Source: an uncultured Porphyromonadaceae bacterium (lineage in GTDB: Bacteria > Bacteroidota > Bacteroidia > Bacteroidales > UBA12481). From it: DNA of 50,247 nt. The stretch is from contig CAYQFT010000004.1 of assembly GCA_964416825.1 (NCBI GenBank), positions 1-50,247 on the forward strand, read 5' to 3'. A model generated the notes under the pieces. It worked only from the letters and a program-made list of their open reading frames with translations. It was not told the DNA's origin and searched no databases. Of the stretch, positions 17,329 through 25,798 are shown piece after piece (within the stretch, counting starts at the first letter, position 1; each line of letters opens with the position of its first letter). A program made the position numbers and the translations under genes.

Positions 17329-20300
17329 TTAGGGAGCACCATGAGTGCGGAGCAGTTTCCTTTTGGAACCTGCTAGCCACCTGGTGGTGTAATCTGGGCC
17401 GCTGACTGCCACCCGTCCCCCATCCTTTCCGCCCCCCGGCCCCAGCTCAATAACCCTGCCAGCCCACTCCATCAATAGTGCCTCATGGGTTACACAAACG
17501 ATCGTATTCCCGGCATCGGTAAGCTCACGGAAAAGGACCAGTAAGCGCGCGATATCCGTGGAGTGCAGTCCGCCCGTGGGCTCATCGAGCAGAAAAAGGG
17601 TGTTGTTGCCATGCAAAGCGGAGAGACCGGATACGAGCTTAAGCCGCTGCAGCTCGCCGGCCGATAGGGTTTTCAGTGACCGGCCGCATGCCAGATGGCC
17701 CAGACCGGTTTTTTGAACCAGGCTCAAAATTTTCTCCGCCTGGCTTTTCGTCTTACCGTGAATATGGCCCTCAAATACCCGGGATAGCTCACTGAACGGC
17801 ACCCCCAACACCTCACTAATCCCCCTATCACCTATACCTCTATCACATTTCACTTTTCCACATTCCACTCTTTCAAGGTCGCCTCTATCACTAATCCTCA
17901 CCTCCATCACCTCCTCCCGGAACCCGGCGCCTCCGCATCGTTCGCACGGCGAAACCGCGTCGGCAAAGAAATCCATGCTCACGCTGTTGATCCCGCTACC
18001 CTCGCAGGCCGGGCAGCGGCCTTCCCTGGACCCGGGGGTAAAATGGGCAGCCTTAAAGCCCAGGGCCTTACTTGCCGGCAGTGCCGCAAATATCGTGGCA
18101 ATCAATCCCGATAATCCAAGCATGGAGCCCGCCGTTGCCGTGTACCCCTTGCCGGGCAAGGGCTGCTCAATATATATGAGATCACTGAAATGCTCAAATC
18201 CCGATATCGATTCACACCCAACTGCCCGTCGCGCCATATAGCTCGGATAGATCACCCTATCCAGCAAGCTCGTCTTCCCGCTCCCGCTTACCCCGGTAAC
18301 GACGGTTAGCGTTCCCGTGTTTATTTCGAGGTCTATGTTGCGGAGGTTGTTCGCGTGAGCTCCGAGAATAGACAGATGACCGATGACGGACGACGGATGA
18401 TGACGGATGACCGATGACCGACGACCGATGGAAGATGACGGACGACCGAGGACGGACGACGGATGATGACGGATGACCGATGACCGACGACCGATGGAAG
18501 AGGACGGACGACCGAGGACAGACGACGGATGAATCGCATCCCCCATCGTTGGTCGTCCGTCATCCGTCATTCGGCGTCTGTCCTCGTCCGTCATCGGTCG
18601 TCGGTCGTCGGTCTGCGGTCCCTGAAAGATGATCCTTCCTCCCACCGCCCCCGCACCCGGCCCGAGCTCAACCCGGTAATCTGCGATCTCCAGCAGCTGC
18701 GGGGAATGGTCCACCAGGATCACGGTGTTTCCGTGACGGTTCAGGTCGAGGATCAGGTCGCTGATCCTGCTGATATCTTTCGGATGGAGACCGAACGACG
18801 GCTCATCGAGAATATAGGCCACGCCGGTGAGCGGCGCACGCACGAGACCAGCCAGCTGCAGCCGCTGGAACTCGCCGCCCGAGAGGGTTCCCACGATCCG
18901 GTCGGTGGAGATGTAGCCCAGACCTGCTTTTTGAAGGGCTTCGAGCCTGCCGGCAACATCATCCGTGAAGGCCGCAGCAATCTTCTGTTCCAATACGTTA
19001 CTGCGGGATGCGCTGAAAAATTCACCGAACCAAACGGCTGCCTCATCGGCCGACAAAGCGGTTACCTGACCGATATGCAGACCTCCTACCCTATATTCCA
19101 GCATCCCGGGCTTGAGCCGGTAACCCCTGCAATCGCTGCACACTTCGCTTTTCATCAGGTCGAGCATGGCCTCGCCCCGGGCATCCGCATGCTTCCGGAT
19201 GTATTCCGTTTCAACCAGGCTGAGGAACCCTGGCCAGGTGGTTTTCAACCGGTGAACCCCCTTAACGTTGCCTCGCTTATAGCTCCAGTCAACTGTAAAT
19301 ACCTCATCCCCGCAGCCCCTCAATGCAATCCGTATAGCCCTGTCATCCAGTTCTTTACAAGGGACCGAAAAATCAATCCCCTTCTGTTGACCCACGGTCA
19401 GCAGCGCTGCCACATACTGGCCATACGGATCGCCATAAAAACGTCCGGTCTTGCTGCCGTCGAGGGCTCCCGCAATGAGCGCCTTTGAGGGGTCCGTGAC
19501 CAGCCGGTCAGGGTCACAAACCGTCAGGGTTCCGAGCCCCTTACACAACGGACAGGCACCCTCCTCGCTGTTGAAGGAAAAGGCGTTTGAATAGGGCCGG
19601 TGCAGCCCTTCTGCGTGTTCAGCCATCCGGCTGAAAACCAGCCGGTATAAGTCGTACAGCCCCGTATAGGTGGCAATCGTCGACCGCGGATTCCGCACAG
19701 GGGTTTTTTTCTGCAAGGCAACCGATGGAACCAGGCCGCGGCCTTCGCGCAGCACCGGAACACCCGCTTTCACCGAATGCTGCCGGCTGTAGGAAGAAGT
19801 CCCCTCCATAAACCTCCGCTGGCTTTCGGCATACAGCGTTCCATACACCAGCGAACTCTTGCCGCTCCCCGAAACCCCCGTCACCAGCGTAATCCCATCC
19901 ACCGGAAAAGAAACATCAATGTTTTTCAGGTTATTCGTCTCCACCCCCAACAACCGAATCGCCCCACTCCCCACCTCCTCAACTCCCTTAACTCCCTTAA
20001 CTCCCTTAACTCCCTTAACTTCCTCAACTCTCCCAACCTCCACCACCCTCTCCGCCTCCCCAACAAACTGCTCATCATTCTCCACACAAATCAGCGTATG
20101 CCCCCTGGCGGTCAACTTCTTCAAAGCCTTCACCAGAATCTCCACATCGGCCATGTGCAGCCCGGTGGTGGGCTCATGGAGGATATACAGGGTGTTGCCG
20201 GTGGCCGGGCGCGAAAGTTCGGAGGCCAATTTTACGCGCTGGGCCTCGCCTCCCGACAGGGTCGTTGAGGGCTGGCCGAGCCGCAGGTACCCAAGTCCGA

Positions 20301-22296
20301 GTTCCGACAGGATCCCCGTGATGGCGGTAATCTTTTTCTCTCCCTCAAAAAACCGGTGCGCCTCATCCACCGTAAGTTCCAGAATATCATGAATATTCAG
20401 GCCCCGATAGCGTATTTCAAGCGTTTCATCCGTAAACCGTTTCCCCTCACACACCTCACAAATCACATCCACATTTCCGAGAAAATGCATCCCGATTTGC
20501 TGCACCCCGGCGCCACCGCAGCTTTCACAGCGGCCGCCCTTCACCACAAAGGAAAACTGACCCTTTTTATACCCACGCCTGTGCGATTCGGGCTGGGCTG
20601 CCAGCAGGTCGCGTACGTAATCCGACAATCCTGTGTAGGTGGCCGGGTTGCTCTTTGGGGTCCGCCCGATCGGGGATGAATCCACGGCAATCACCTTCCC
20701 CGGCCATAATTTATTGGCTATTATGTTGTTAACCAGGCTGGTCTTCCCGGATCCCGAAACCCCGGTAATCACATTCAGGCCGCCAATCAAAAATCGGGAT
20801 AAACTATTTTCAGACTCTCTCCCGTTTCCTGGTCTTACCGTCTTAGGGCAGAGACGCATATATGCGTCTCTACGGAGGTACGTCCAGGTCAGATTATCGG
20901 GGTGGTCTTCGCCAAAAAAGGCGGCGGCCGGTCCGTTGAACAATACCCGTCCGCCGGCTGCTCCGGCGCCCGGACCGATGTCAATAATCCAGTCGGCCTC
21001 CCGTATAGTTTGCTCATCATGGTCGACGACTATCACGGTGTTCCCGCCCGTTACCAGCGACCGCATGACATCGAGCAGGTCGCGCTGTTCAGAAGGATGA
21101 AGCCCGACACTGGGTTCATCGAGAATATACAGCACATTCCGGAGTCCGCCCATGGCCTGGTTGGCCAGTTTGATCCGCTGGGATTCGCCGATACCGAGCG
21201 ACGGAGATCCGCAGTCGAGGGATAGGTGTCCCGCACCCAGCTTTATCAGGAGATTTGTGCGCCTCAGGATCACCTCACGAACCGGATTCACAACGTAAGC
21301 CTCTGCATCAGAAGGAGTAAGCCCGATAAAAAAAGTGTGCAACTGCCGGATACTCATTGCAGCAAATTCAGAGATATCCTTGCCCCAGAGCTTTACCGAC
21401 ACAGCCTGATCGTTCAGCCGCCGGCCCCCGCAACCCTCACAGGTTTGCGACCGGGCAAACCGCATGATATTCGGGTTCCGGTCGCGTTTGAGGATATCCT
21501 CCATCACCGGCAGGATACCCTTGTAATAATCCTCATCGCGGGGCTTGGCCGTTATCCCGGTCCATTTCAATCTTGATTCCAGCGGATGCTTGCCGAATAA
21601 TACCTTGATTTTTGCGGAGCCATTCAGCACCACATCTTTTTGTTTATCAGTCAGTTCATTCCAGGGTATATCGACGGTGAATCCCTCGGCCCGGCACACC
21701 TGATCCAGCACGGCCATGGTCACCTGCGAATAGATGATATAATTGTTGGGGGTAGTCAGAACAAAGGCGCCCTCCCGGATGGTTTTGGCCGGATCCCCGA
21801 TCAGGAGTGACGGATCGATATGGTCCTGCACACCCAGTCCTTTGCAAACGGGACAGTACCCATCGGGATGATTAAAGGAAAACAGGCTGCGATGCAGGTT
21901 TAGTCTGGAAATTTCAGATTTGCCCAACCGGGCAAACAACAGCCTCAGCAAATCGTACAGTTCGGTGAGAGTCCCCACCGTCGACCGCGGACTGCGTACC
22001 ACACTGCTCTGTCCGATCACCATCACGGGAAACAACCCCTCGATCCGGTCGGCTTTCGGCCTGCTAAGTAGGCCCGGTGCGTTGTCATCCCCGCGAAAGC
22101 GGGGACCCCCACCCGTAAAGCACTGCGCCATCAACCTCCTCCCCTCAGCCGCCAGCACATCATAAACCAGGCTGGTCTTTCCGCTTCCCGACACGCCGGT
22201 AACCACAATCAGCTTATAATGAGGGATCCGCAGGGAAACTTCCTGGAGGTTGTTTTCCCGGGCGTTTTCTATGATGATCTCTCGTACTGGGTTCAT
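17329..22296 (-). CDS. uvrA: Double-length (tandem-fused) UvrA-like ABC ATPase apparently lacking UvrB-binding domains, with in-frame repeat inserts
   Basis: Four GVSGSGK Walker A motifs, FSFN..CxxC zinc fingers, four signature/Walker B sets. Start reassigned to ATG 22296 (MNPVREIIIENARENNL), 1 bp after the MFS stop. Confidence 0.88.
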   Translation of the reverse strand: MNPVREIIIENARENNLQEVSLRIPHYKLIVVTGVSGSGKTSLVYDVLAAEGRRLMAQCFTGGGPRFRGDDNAPGLLSRPKADRIEGLFPVMVIGQSSVVRSPRSTVGTLTELYDLLRLLFARLGKSEISRLNLHRSLFSFNHPDGYCPVCKGLGVQDHIDPSLLIGDPAKTIREGAFVLTTPNNYIIYSQVTMAVLDQVCRAEGFTVDIPWNELTDKQKDVVLNGSAKIKVLFGKHPLESRLKWTGITAKPRDEDYYKGILPVMEDILKRDRNPNIMRFARSQTCEGCGGRRLNDQAVSVKLWGKDISEFAAMSIRQLHTFFIGLTPSDAEAYVVNPVREVILRRTNLLIKLGAGHLSLDCGSPSLGIGESQRIKLANQAMGGLRNVLYILDEPSVGLHPSEQRDLLDVMRSLVTGGNTVIVVDHDEQTIREADWIIDIGPGAGAAGGRVLFNGPAAAFFGEDHPDNLTWTYLRRDAYMRLCPKTVRPGNGRESENSLSRFLIGGLNVITGVSGSGKTSLVNNIIANKLWPGKVIAVDSSPIGRTPKSNPATYTGLSDYVRDLLAAQPESHRRGYKKGQFSFVVKGGRCESCGGAGVQQIGMHFLGNVDVICEVCEGKRFTDETLEIRYRGLNIHDILELTVDEAHRFFEGEKKITAITGILSELGLGYLRLGQPSTTLSGGEAQRVKLASELSRPATGNTLYILHEPTTGLHMADVEILVKALKKLTARGHTLICVENDEQFVGEAERVVEVGRVEEVKGVKGVKGVKGVEEVGSGAIRLLGVETNNLKNIDVSFPVDGITLVTGVSGSGKSSLVYGTLYAESQRRFMEGTSSYSRQHSVKAGVPVLREGRGLVPSVALQKKTPVRNPRSTIATYTGLYDLYRLVFSRMAEHAEGLHRPYSNAFSFNSEEGACPLCKGLGTLTVCDPDRLVTDPSKALIAGALDGSKTGRFYGDPYGQYVAALLTVGQQKGIDFSVPCKELDDRAIRIALRGCGDEVFTVDWSYKRGNVKGVHRLKTTWPGFLSLVETEYIRKHADARGEAMLDLMKSEVCSDCRGYRLKPGMLEYRVGGLHIGQVTALSADEAAVWFGEFFSASRSNVLEQKIAAAFTDDVAGRLEALQKAGLGYISTDRIVGTLSGGEFQRLQLAGLVRAPLTGVAYILDEPSFGLHPKDISRISDLILDLNRHGNTVILVDHSPQLLEIADYRVELGPGAGAVGGRIIFQGPQTDDRRPMTDEDRRRMTDDGRPTMGDAIHPSSVLGRPSSSIGRRSSVIRHHPSSVLGRPSSSIGRRSSVIRHHPSSVIGHLSILGAHANNLRNIDLEINTGTLTVVTGVSGSGKTSLLDRVIYPSYMARRAVGCESISGFEHFSDLIYIEQPLPGKGYTATAGSMLGLSGLIATIFAALPASKALGFKAAHFTPGSREGRCPACEGSGINSVSMDFFADAVSPCERCGGAGFREEVMEVRISDRGDLERVECGKVKCDRGIGDRGISEVLGVPFSELSRVFEGHIHGKTKSQAEKILSLVQKTGLGHLACGRSLKTLSAGELQRLKLVSGLSALHGNNTLFLLDEPTGGLHSTDIARLLVLFRELTDAGNTIVCVTHEALLMEWAGRVIELGPGGGKDGGRVAVSGPDYTTRWLAGSKRKLLRTHGAP
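17821..17895. repeat. Degenerate short-period repeat insert within uvrA
   Basis: cctatca cctatac..tcacatt tcacttt tccacat tccactc; cctctatcac occurs twice. Encodes ISDRGDLERVECGKVKCDRGIGDRG. Confidence 0.55.
18375..18620. repeat. Two inverted GAYGACS heptamer arrays, in-frame in uvrA
   Basis: Left arm 18375-18531 (gatgacc/gacgacg..., with a 66-bp higher-order duplication); right arm 18544-18620 (ggtcgtc/cgtcatc...), the reverse-complement unit. Confidence 0.92.
19973..20044. repeat. 9-bp tandem array (ACTCCCTTA x4 plus degenerate flanks), in-frame in uvrA
   Basis: Encodes VEVGRVEEVKGVKGVKGVKGVEEV at the junction of the two UvrA units. Confidence 0.9.
20848..20873. repeat. GTAG-REP copy in-frame in uvrA
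   Basis: gcagagacgcatatatgcgtctctac; encodes RRDAYMRLC. Confidence 0.9.
22084..22108 (+). repeat. GTCATCCCCGCGAAAGCGGGGACCC palindromic repeat in-frame in uvrA
   Basis: Hairpin tccccgc-gaaa-gcgggga preceded by GTCA; encodes GPRFRGDD; related copy at 7814-7837. Confidence 0.8.
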
Positions 22297-22297
22297 T

Positions 22298-23563
22298 TCA
22301 ATTTTCTGGTATGCCGGGTAAAATTCCCTTGGTGATATAGATTGGGTGAATCTGTTTCCTGAGCGCACCCAGGTTAAGGAAAAACCAAATCCCTGCAATC
22401 AGGGTAACGATCCCGCAGATCAAAAGGGTATGCGGAATACCGATTCCGCTGGCCAGCGATCCGGTCAGCAGGTTACCGATCGGGGTGGTCCCCATCACAG
22501 CCATCGCATAAAAGCTCATCACCCGGCCCCTTTTATCCTCATCGGTGAGGGTCTGGAGAAGTGTATTAATGGCGGAAAGCAAAAGAATCATCGATAACCC
22601 GCCAAAAAAGCAGGCAACATAGCTCAATGCCCGGCTGTGGGAGAAGGATGCCAGCACGATGGCCATACCGAGAATTCCGATGCTGCCGGAGATAATTTTT
22701 CCAAGACCTACCACGGTTTTGCGCGAGGCCATATAGAGTGCAGACAGTAAAGCTCCCGCCCCCAGGGACGACATCAGGTAGCCCAGCGTATCAGACCCGC
22801 CCTGTAAAATCTCCTTAGCATAGGCGGGAAGCAGTACGATGAACGGCAGTCCGGCCAAACTCAGGACGGCCAGCAGCAGGATCAGGGTGCGGATCGGCAT
22901 CGACTGAAAAGTATATTGAAATCCTTCCCGGAAACTCTTTTGGAAGTCCTGATTTGCGGTCCTGACAGGCCTTGGCGGAATCCGGATCTGCAGGAGGGCC
23001 CCGATAACCGCCAAAAAACTCAGGCTGTTAAGCAGAAAACAGACGCCCTCACCCAGGGCTGCGATTGCAATACCGGCGATGGCAGGCCCAACCAGCCGGG
23101 CACCGTTGAAAATGGCTGAATTCAGGGCAATCGCGTTGCCCAGATCATCGGGGTTATCAATCAGATCGATCACCAGCGACTGCCTTGCAGGTGCATCAAA
23201 AGCCGTGACAATTCCATTAAAAACACTCAGGACCACAATGTGCCACACCTCAATCTGGTTCATCAGCACGAGAATCGTCATCGCCACAGCCTGCATCATA
23301 TAGCAAACCTGGGTCAGCGTCATGATCCGGAGCCGGTTAAACCGATCGGTCAGGACTCCGGTGAAAGGTGCCAGAATAAAGGTCGGTATCTGGCTCAGAA
23401 ACCCAACCAGCCCAAGCAGGAACACCGATCCGGTGAGCCGGTAAACCAGCCAGCTCAGCGCAATGTTCTGCATCCAGGAACCGATCAGGGAAATCCCCTG
23501 CCCGATAAAATAGAGCCTGTAGTTCCGTGAATGGAGCGATGAGAAAATCTGTGTTATCATCAT
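22298..23563 (-). CDS. MFS transporter (MFS_3 / EntS-like exporter)
   Basis: RNYRLYFIGQGISLIGSWMQ, GVLTDRFNR (motif A), AIALNS..ARLVGP, RGRVMS; about 12 TM helices. Confidence 0.92.
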   Translation of the reverse strand: MMITQIFSSLHSRNYRLYFIGQGISLIGSWMQNIALSWLVYRLTGSVFLLGLVGFLSQIPTFILAPFTGVLTDRFNRLRIMTLTQVCYMMQAVAMTILVLMNQIEVWHIVVLSVFNGIVTAFDAPARQSLVIDLIDNPDDLGNAIALNSAIFNGARLVGPAIAGIAIAALGEGVCFLLNSLSFLAVIGALLQIRIPPRPVRTANQDFQKSFREGFQYTFQSMPIRTLILLLAVLSLAGLPFIVLLPAYAKEILQGGSDTLGYLMSSLGAGALLSALYMASRKTVVGLGKIISGSIGILGMAIVLASFSHSRALSYVACFFGGLSMILLLSAINTLLQTLTDEDKRGRVMSFYAMAVMGTTPIGNLLTGSLASGIGIPHTLLICGIVTLIAGIWFFLNLGALRKQIHPIYITKGILPGIPEN

Positions 23564-23571
23564 GATTACGG

Positions 23572-23579
23572 CAAAAATA
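23572..23579 (-). promoter_or_regulatory. Putative -7 box for the MFS-uvrA operon
   Basis: TATTTTTG followed by CCG on the minus strand, 8 bp before the start codon. Confidence 0.55.
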
Positions 23580-23682
23580 ATGCATCGGTTAAGGAATCAG
23601 CGTTAACCGCCATAATTAAACCCGGAACTGGCTTGAAAAGATAATTGGCTAACTTTAGTCTCTATTCCCCAGCGGCTATCAT

Positions 23683-25797
23683 ATGAAATCAACCCTGTTT
23701 TTTTTCCTGATTCTTTTCTCTTTTTCCCCTGCCTTTCCCCAGCAAAAAGCATCCTGGATCTGGTATCCCGGCGATTTTGAAATCTGGCTGCATACCGAGG
23801 TAGGCGGCAGGCGGCAGGAACGCGGGCAGGTCTATCCTCCCTTCTGGCGTGTGGACTCCCCATACGGACTGGTTCAGTTTGAAACCAACTACGAAATACC
23901 GGAAGCGGAAACCGTGCAGGTTTATTCCGATGGCCGGTTTAATGTCCGGATCGACGGCGAGATGATCTATGATTTTGATCCCCTGAACGTACCCCTTCCG
24001 GCTGGCAAGCATCACCTGCTGTTCCTGGTTGAGAATTTCAAAACCTTTCCCTCGATACTGGTACAGGGTAAAAGTGTCAACAGCGGCAAGGATTGGCGCG
24101 TGACCAACCAGAACAAAAAATACAATACGGTTGGAACCGGAAATTTTCGGGATCCCCTCAGCCCGCCGGCCCGCTTTTCTTTGGAATATACTCCGATACC
24201 GGCCCGGGTCATTCAGCAGGAAGCCAACAAAACCCTGGTAGATTTCGGCAAGGAGACTTTCGGAAAGGTGATCGTAAAAGGATTGAAAGGTACCGGAAAA
24301 ATCAGGCTTTATTATGGCGAGACAAAGCAGGAAGCCCTGGCCGAGACTCTGGCGGAAACCTATGAATACCGGGCAGTCAACCGAAGCATCGCAGCCAATG
24401 ACACCATGAATTCAAGAGCCTTCCGCTACATCCTCGCCCACGCCGACCCCGGTGTTACCTTCGATAAAATTGAAGCCCTGTACGAGTATCTGCCCCTTAC
24501 CATGAAAGGGGCTTTTACCTGTTCCGACAGCCTGCTGAACAGAATCTATGACGTTTCCCTGTACACACTGAACCTGAACACGCGCGAATTTCATCTCGAC
24601 GGGATCAAGCGCGACCGGTGGATCTGGAGCGGCGATGCCTATCAGAGCTACCTCATGAATTTCTACACCTGGTTCGATGAGGATGTCAACAAGCGTACCC
24701 TGTGGGCGCTGCGGGGACACGATCCCGTTGAGACCCACATCAACACCATCCTTGATTATTCATTTTACTGGATGATTGGCATTTACGACCATTTTCTCTA
24801 TACCGGCGATACCGCCTTCGTGAAACAGGTTTACCCACGGATGAAAACCCTAATGGATTTCTGCCTGGCCCGGACCAATGCCAACGGGTTTGTAGAAGGC
24901 CTGCCGGGCGACTGGGTATTTATCGACTGGGCCCCGATTGATAAATCAGGGGAGGTGAGCTTTCAGCAATTGTTGCTGGCACGAAGCCTGCAGGCCATGT
25001 CGCTGAGCGCCCGCCTGGCGGATGACCCGGAATATGGCCGGAAGTGCGGCGATTTATCGGAAAAAATCAGGGCAAAAATCTTCGACACCTTCTGGAGCGA
25101 TGAAAAAAATGCGTTAGTCCACAGCCGGAAAAACGGGGTCCTGTCTCCAACTGTAACCCGATATGCGAACATGTTTGCCATCCTCTTTGGCTATGCCGAT
25201 CCCGCGATGAAACAGAGAATCCGTGATCATGTTATACTCAACGACAGCATTCTCAAGATTACCACCCCCTACATGAAATTCTATGAGCTGGCTTCCCTGT
25301 GCGAGATCGGGGAAGAGGAAAAAGCGCTGGAATTCGTGAGGGATTACTGGGGCGGCATGCTGAAACTCGGCGCCACATCGGTTTGGGAAGCCTACGACCC
25401 GGAACAGAAGGGTGATGAACATTACGCCATGTATGGTCACCCCTTTGGGAAAAGCCTCTGCCATGCCTGGGGAGCCAATCCGGTCTACCTTTTCGGGAAA
25501 TACCTGCTGGGCGTAAAACCTACCTCGCCGGGTTATGCCACCTATATCATTGAGCCTGCGCTTGCCGGGCTGGAATGGATCAAGGGGAAGGTCCCCACAC
25601 CAAACGGCACCCTTGAACTTTACATGAATAAAAAGGAGATCCGGGTAAAAACCGCGCAGGGCAAAGGAATTCTGCGGATTGAAAGCACCAGGAAACCAAA
25701 GGTGGAAGATGGGGTAACCCTTACGCAGACCGGTGAAAAAAGCTGGGAAATTGATCTGGTTACTCCGCTGAAAGAATATGTAGTCCGGTATTGGTAA
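23683..25797 (+). CDS. GH78 alpha-L-rhamnosidase
   Basis: Signal peptide; DFGKE, LDGIKRDRWIWSGD, GATSVWE, SLCHAWG. Confidence 0.9.
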   Translation: MKSTLFFFLILFSFSPAFPQQKASWIWYPGDFEIWLHTEVGGRRQERGQVYPPFWRVDSPYGLVQFETNYEIPEAETVQVYSDGRFNVRIDGEMIYDFDPLNVPLPAGKHHLLFLVENFKTFPSILVQGKSVNSGKDWRVTNQNKKYNTVGTGNFRDPLSPPARFSLEYTPIPARVIQQEANKTLVDFGKETFGKVIVKGLKGTGKIRLYYGETKQEALAETLAETYEYRAVNRSIAANDTMNSRAFRYILAHADPGVTFDKIEALYEYLPLTMKGAFTCSDSLLNRIYDVSLYTLNLNTREFHLDGIKRDRWIWSGDAYQSYLMNFYTWFDEDVNKRTLWALRGHDPVETHINTILDYSFYWMIGIYDHFLYTGDTAFVKQVYPRMKTLMDFCLARTNANGFVEGLPGDWVFIDWAPIDKSGEVSFQQLLLARSLQAMSLSARLADDPEYGRKCGDLSEKIRAKIFDTFWSDEKNALVHSRKNGVLSPTVTRYANMFAILFGYADPAMKQRIRDHVILNDSILKITTPYMKFYELASLCEIGEEEKALEFVRDYWGGMLKLGATSVWEAYDPEQKGDEHYAMYGHPFGKSLCHAWGANPVYLFGKYLLGVKPTSPGYATYIIEPALAGLEWIKGKVPTPNGTLELYMNKKEIRVKTAQGKGILRIESTRKPKVEDGVTLTQTGEKSWEIDLVTPLKEYVVRYW

Positions 25798-25798
25798 G

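Noticed and set aside
18375-18620. CRISPR array
   Set aside because: Units are 7 bp and contiguous with no unique spacers; no cas genes in the window.
22297-22398. N-terminal extension of uvrA overlapping the MFS gene
   Set aside because: An ATG at 22296 sits right after the MFS stop and directly precedes the conserved ARENNL motif.
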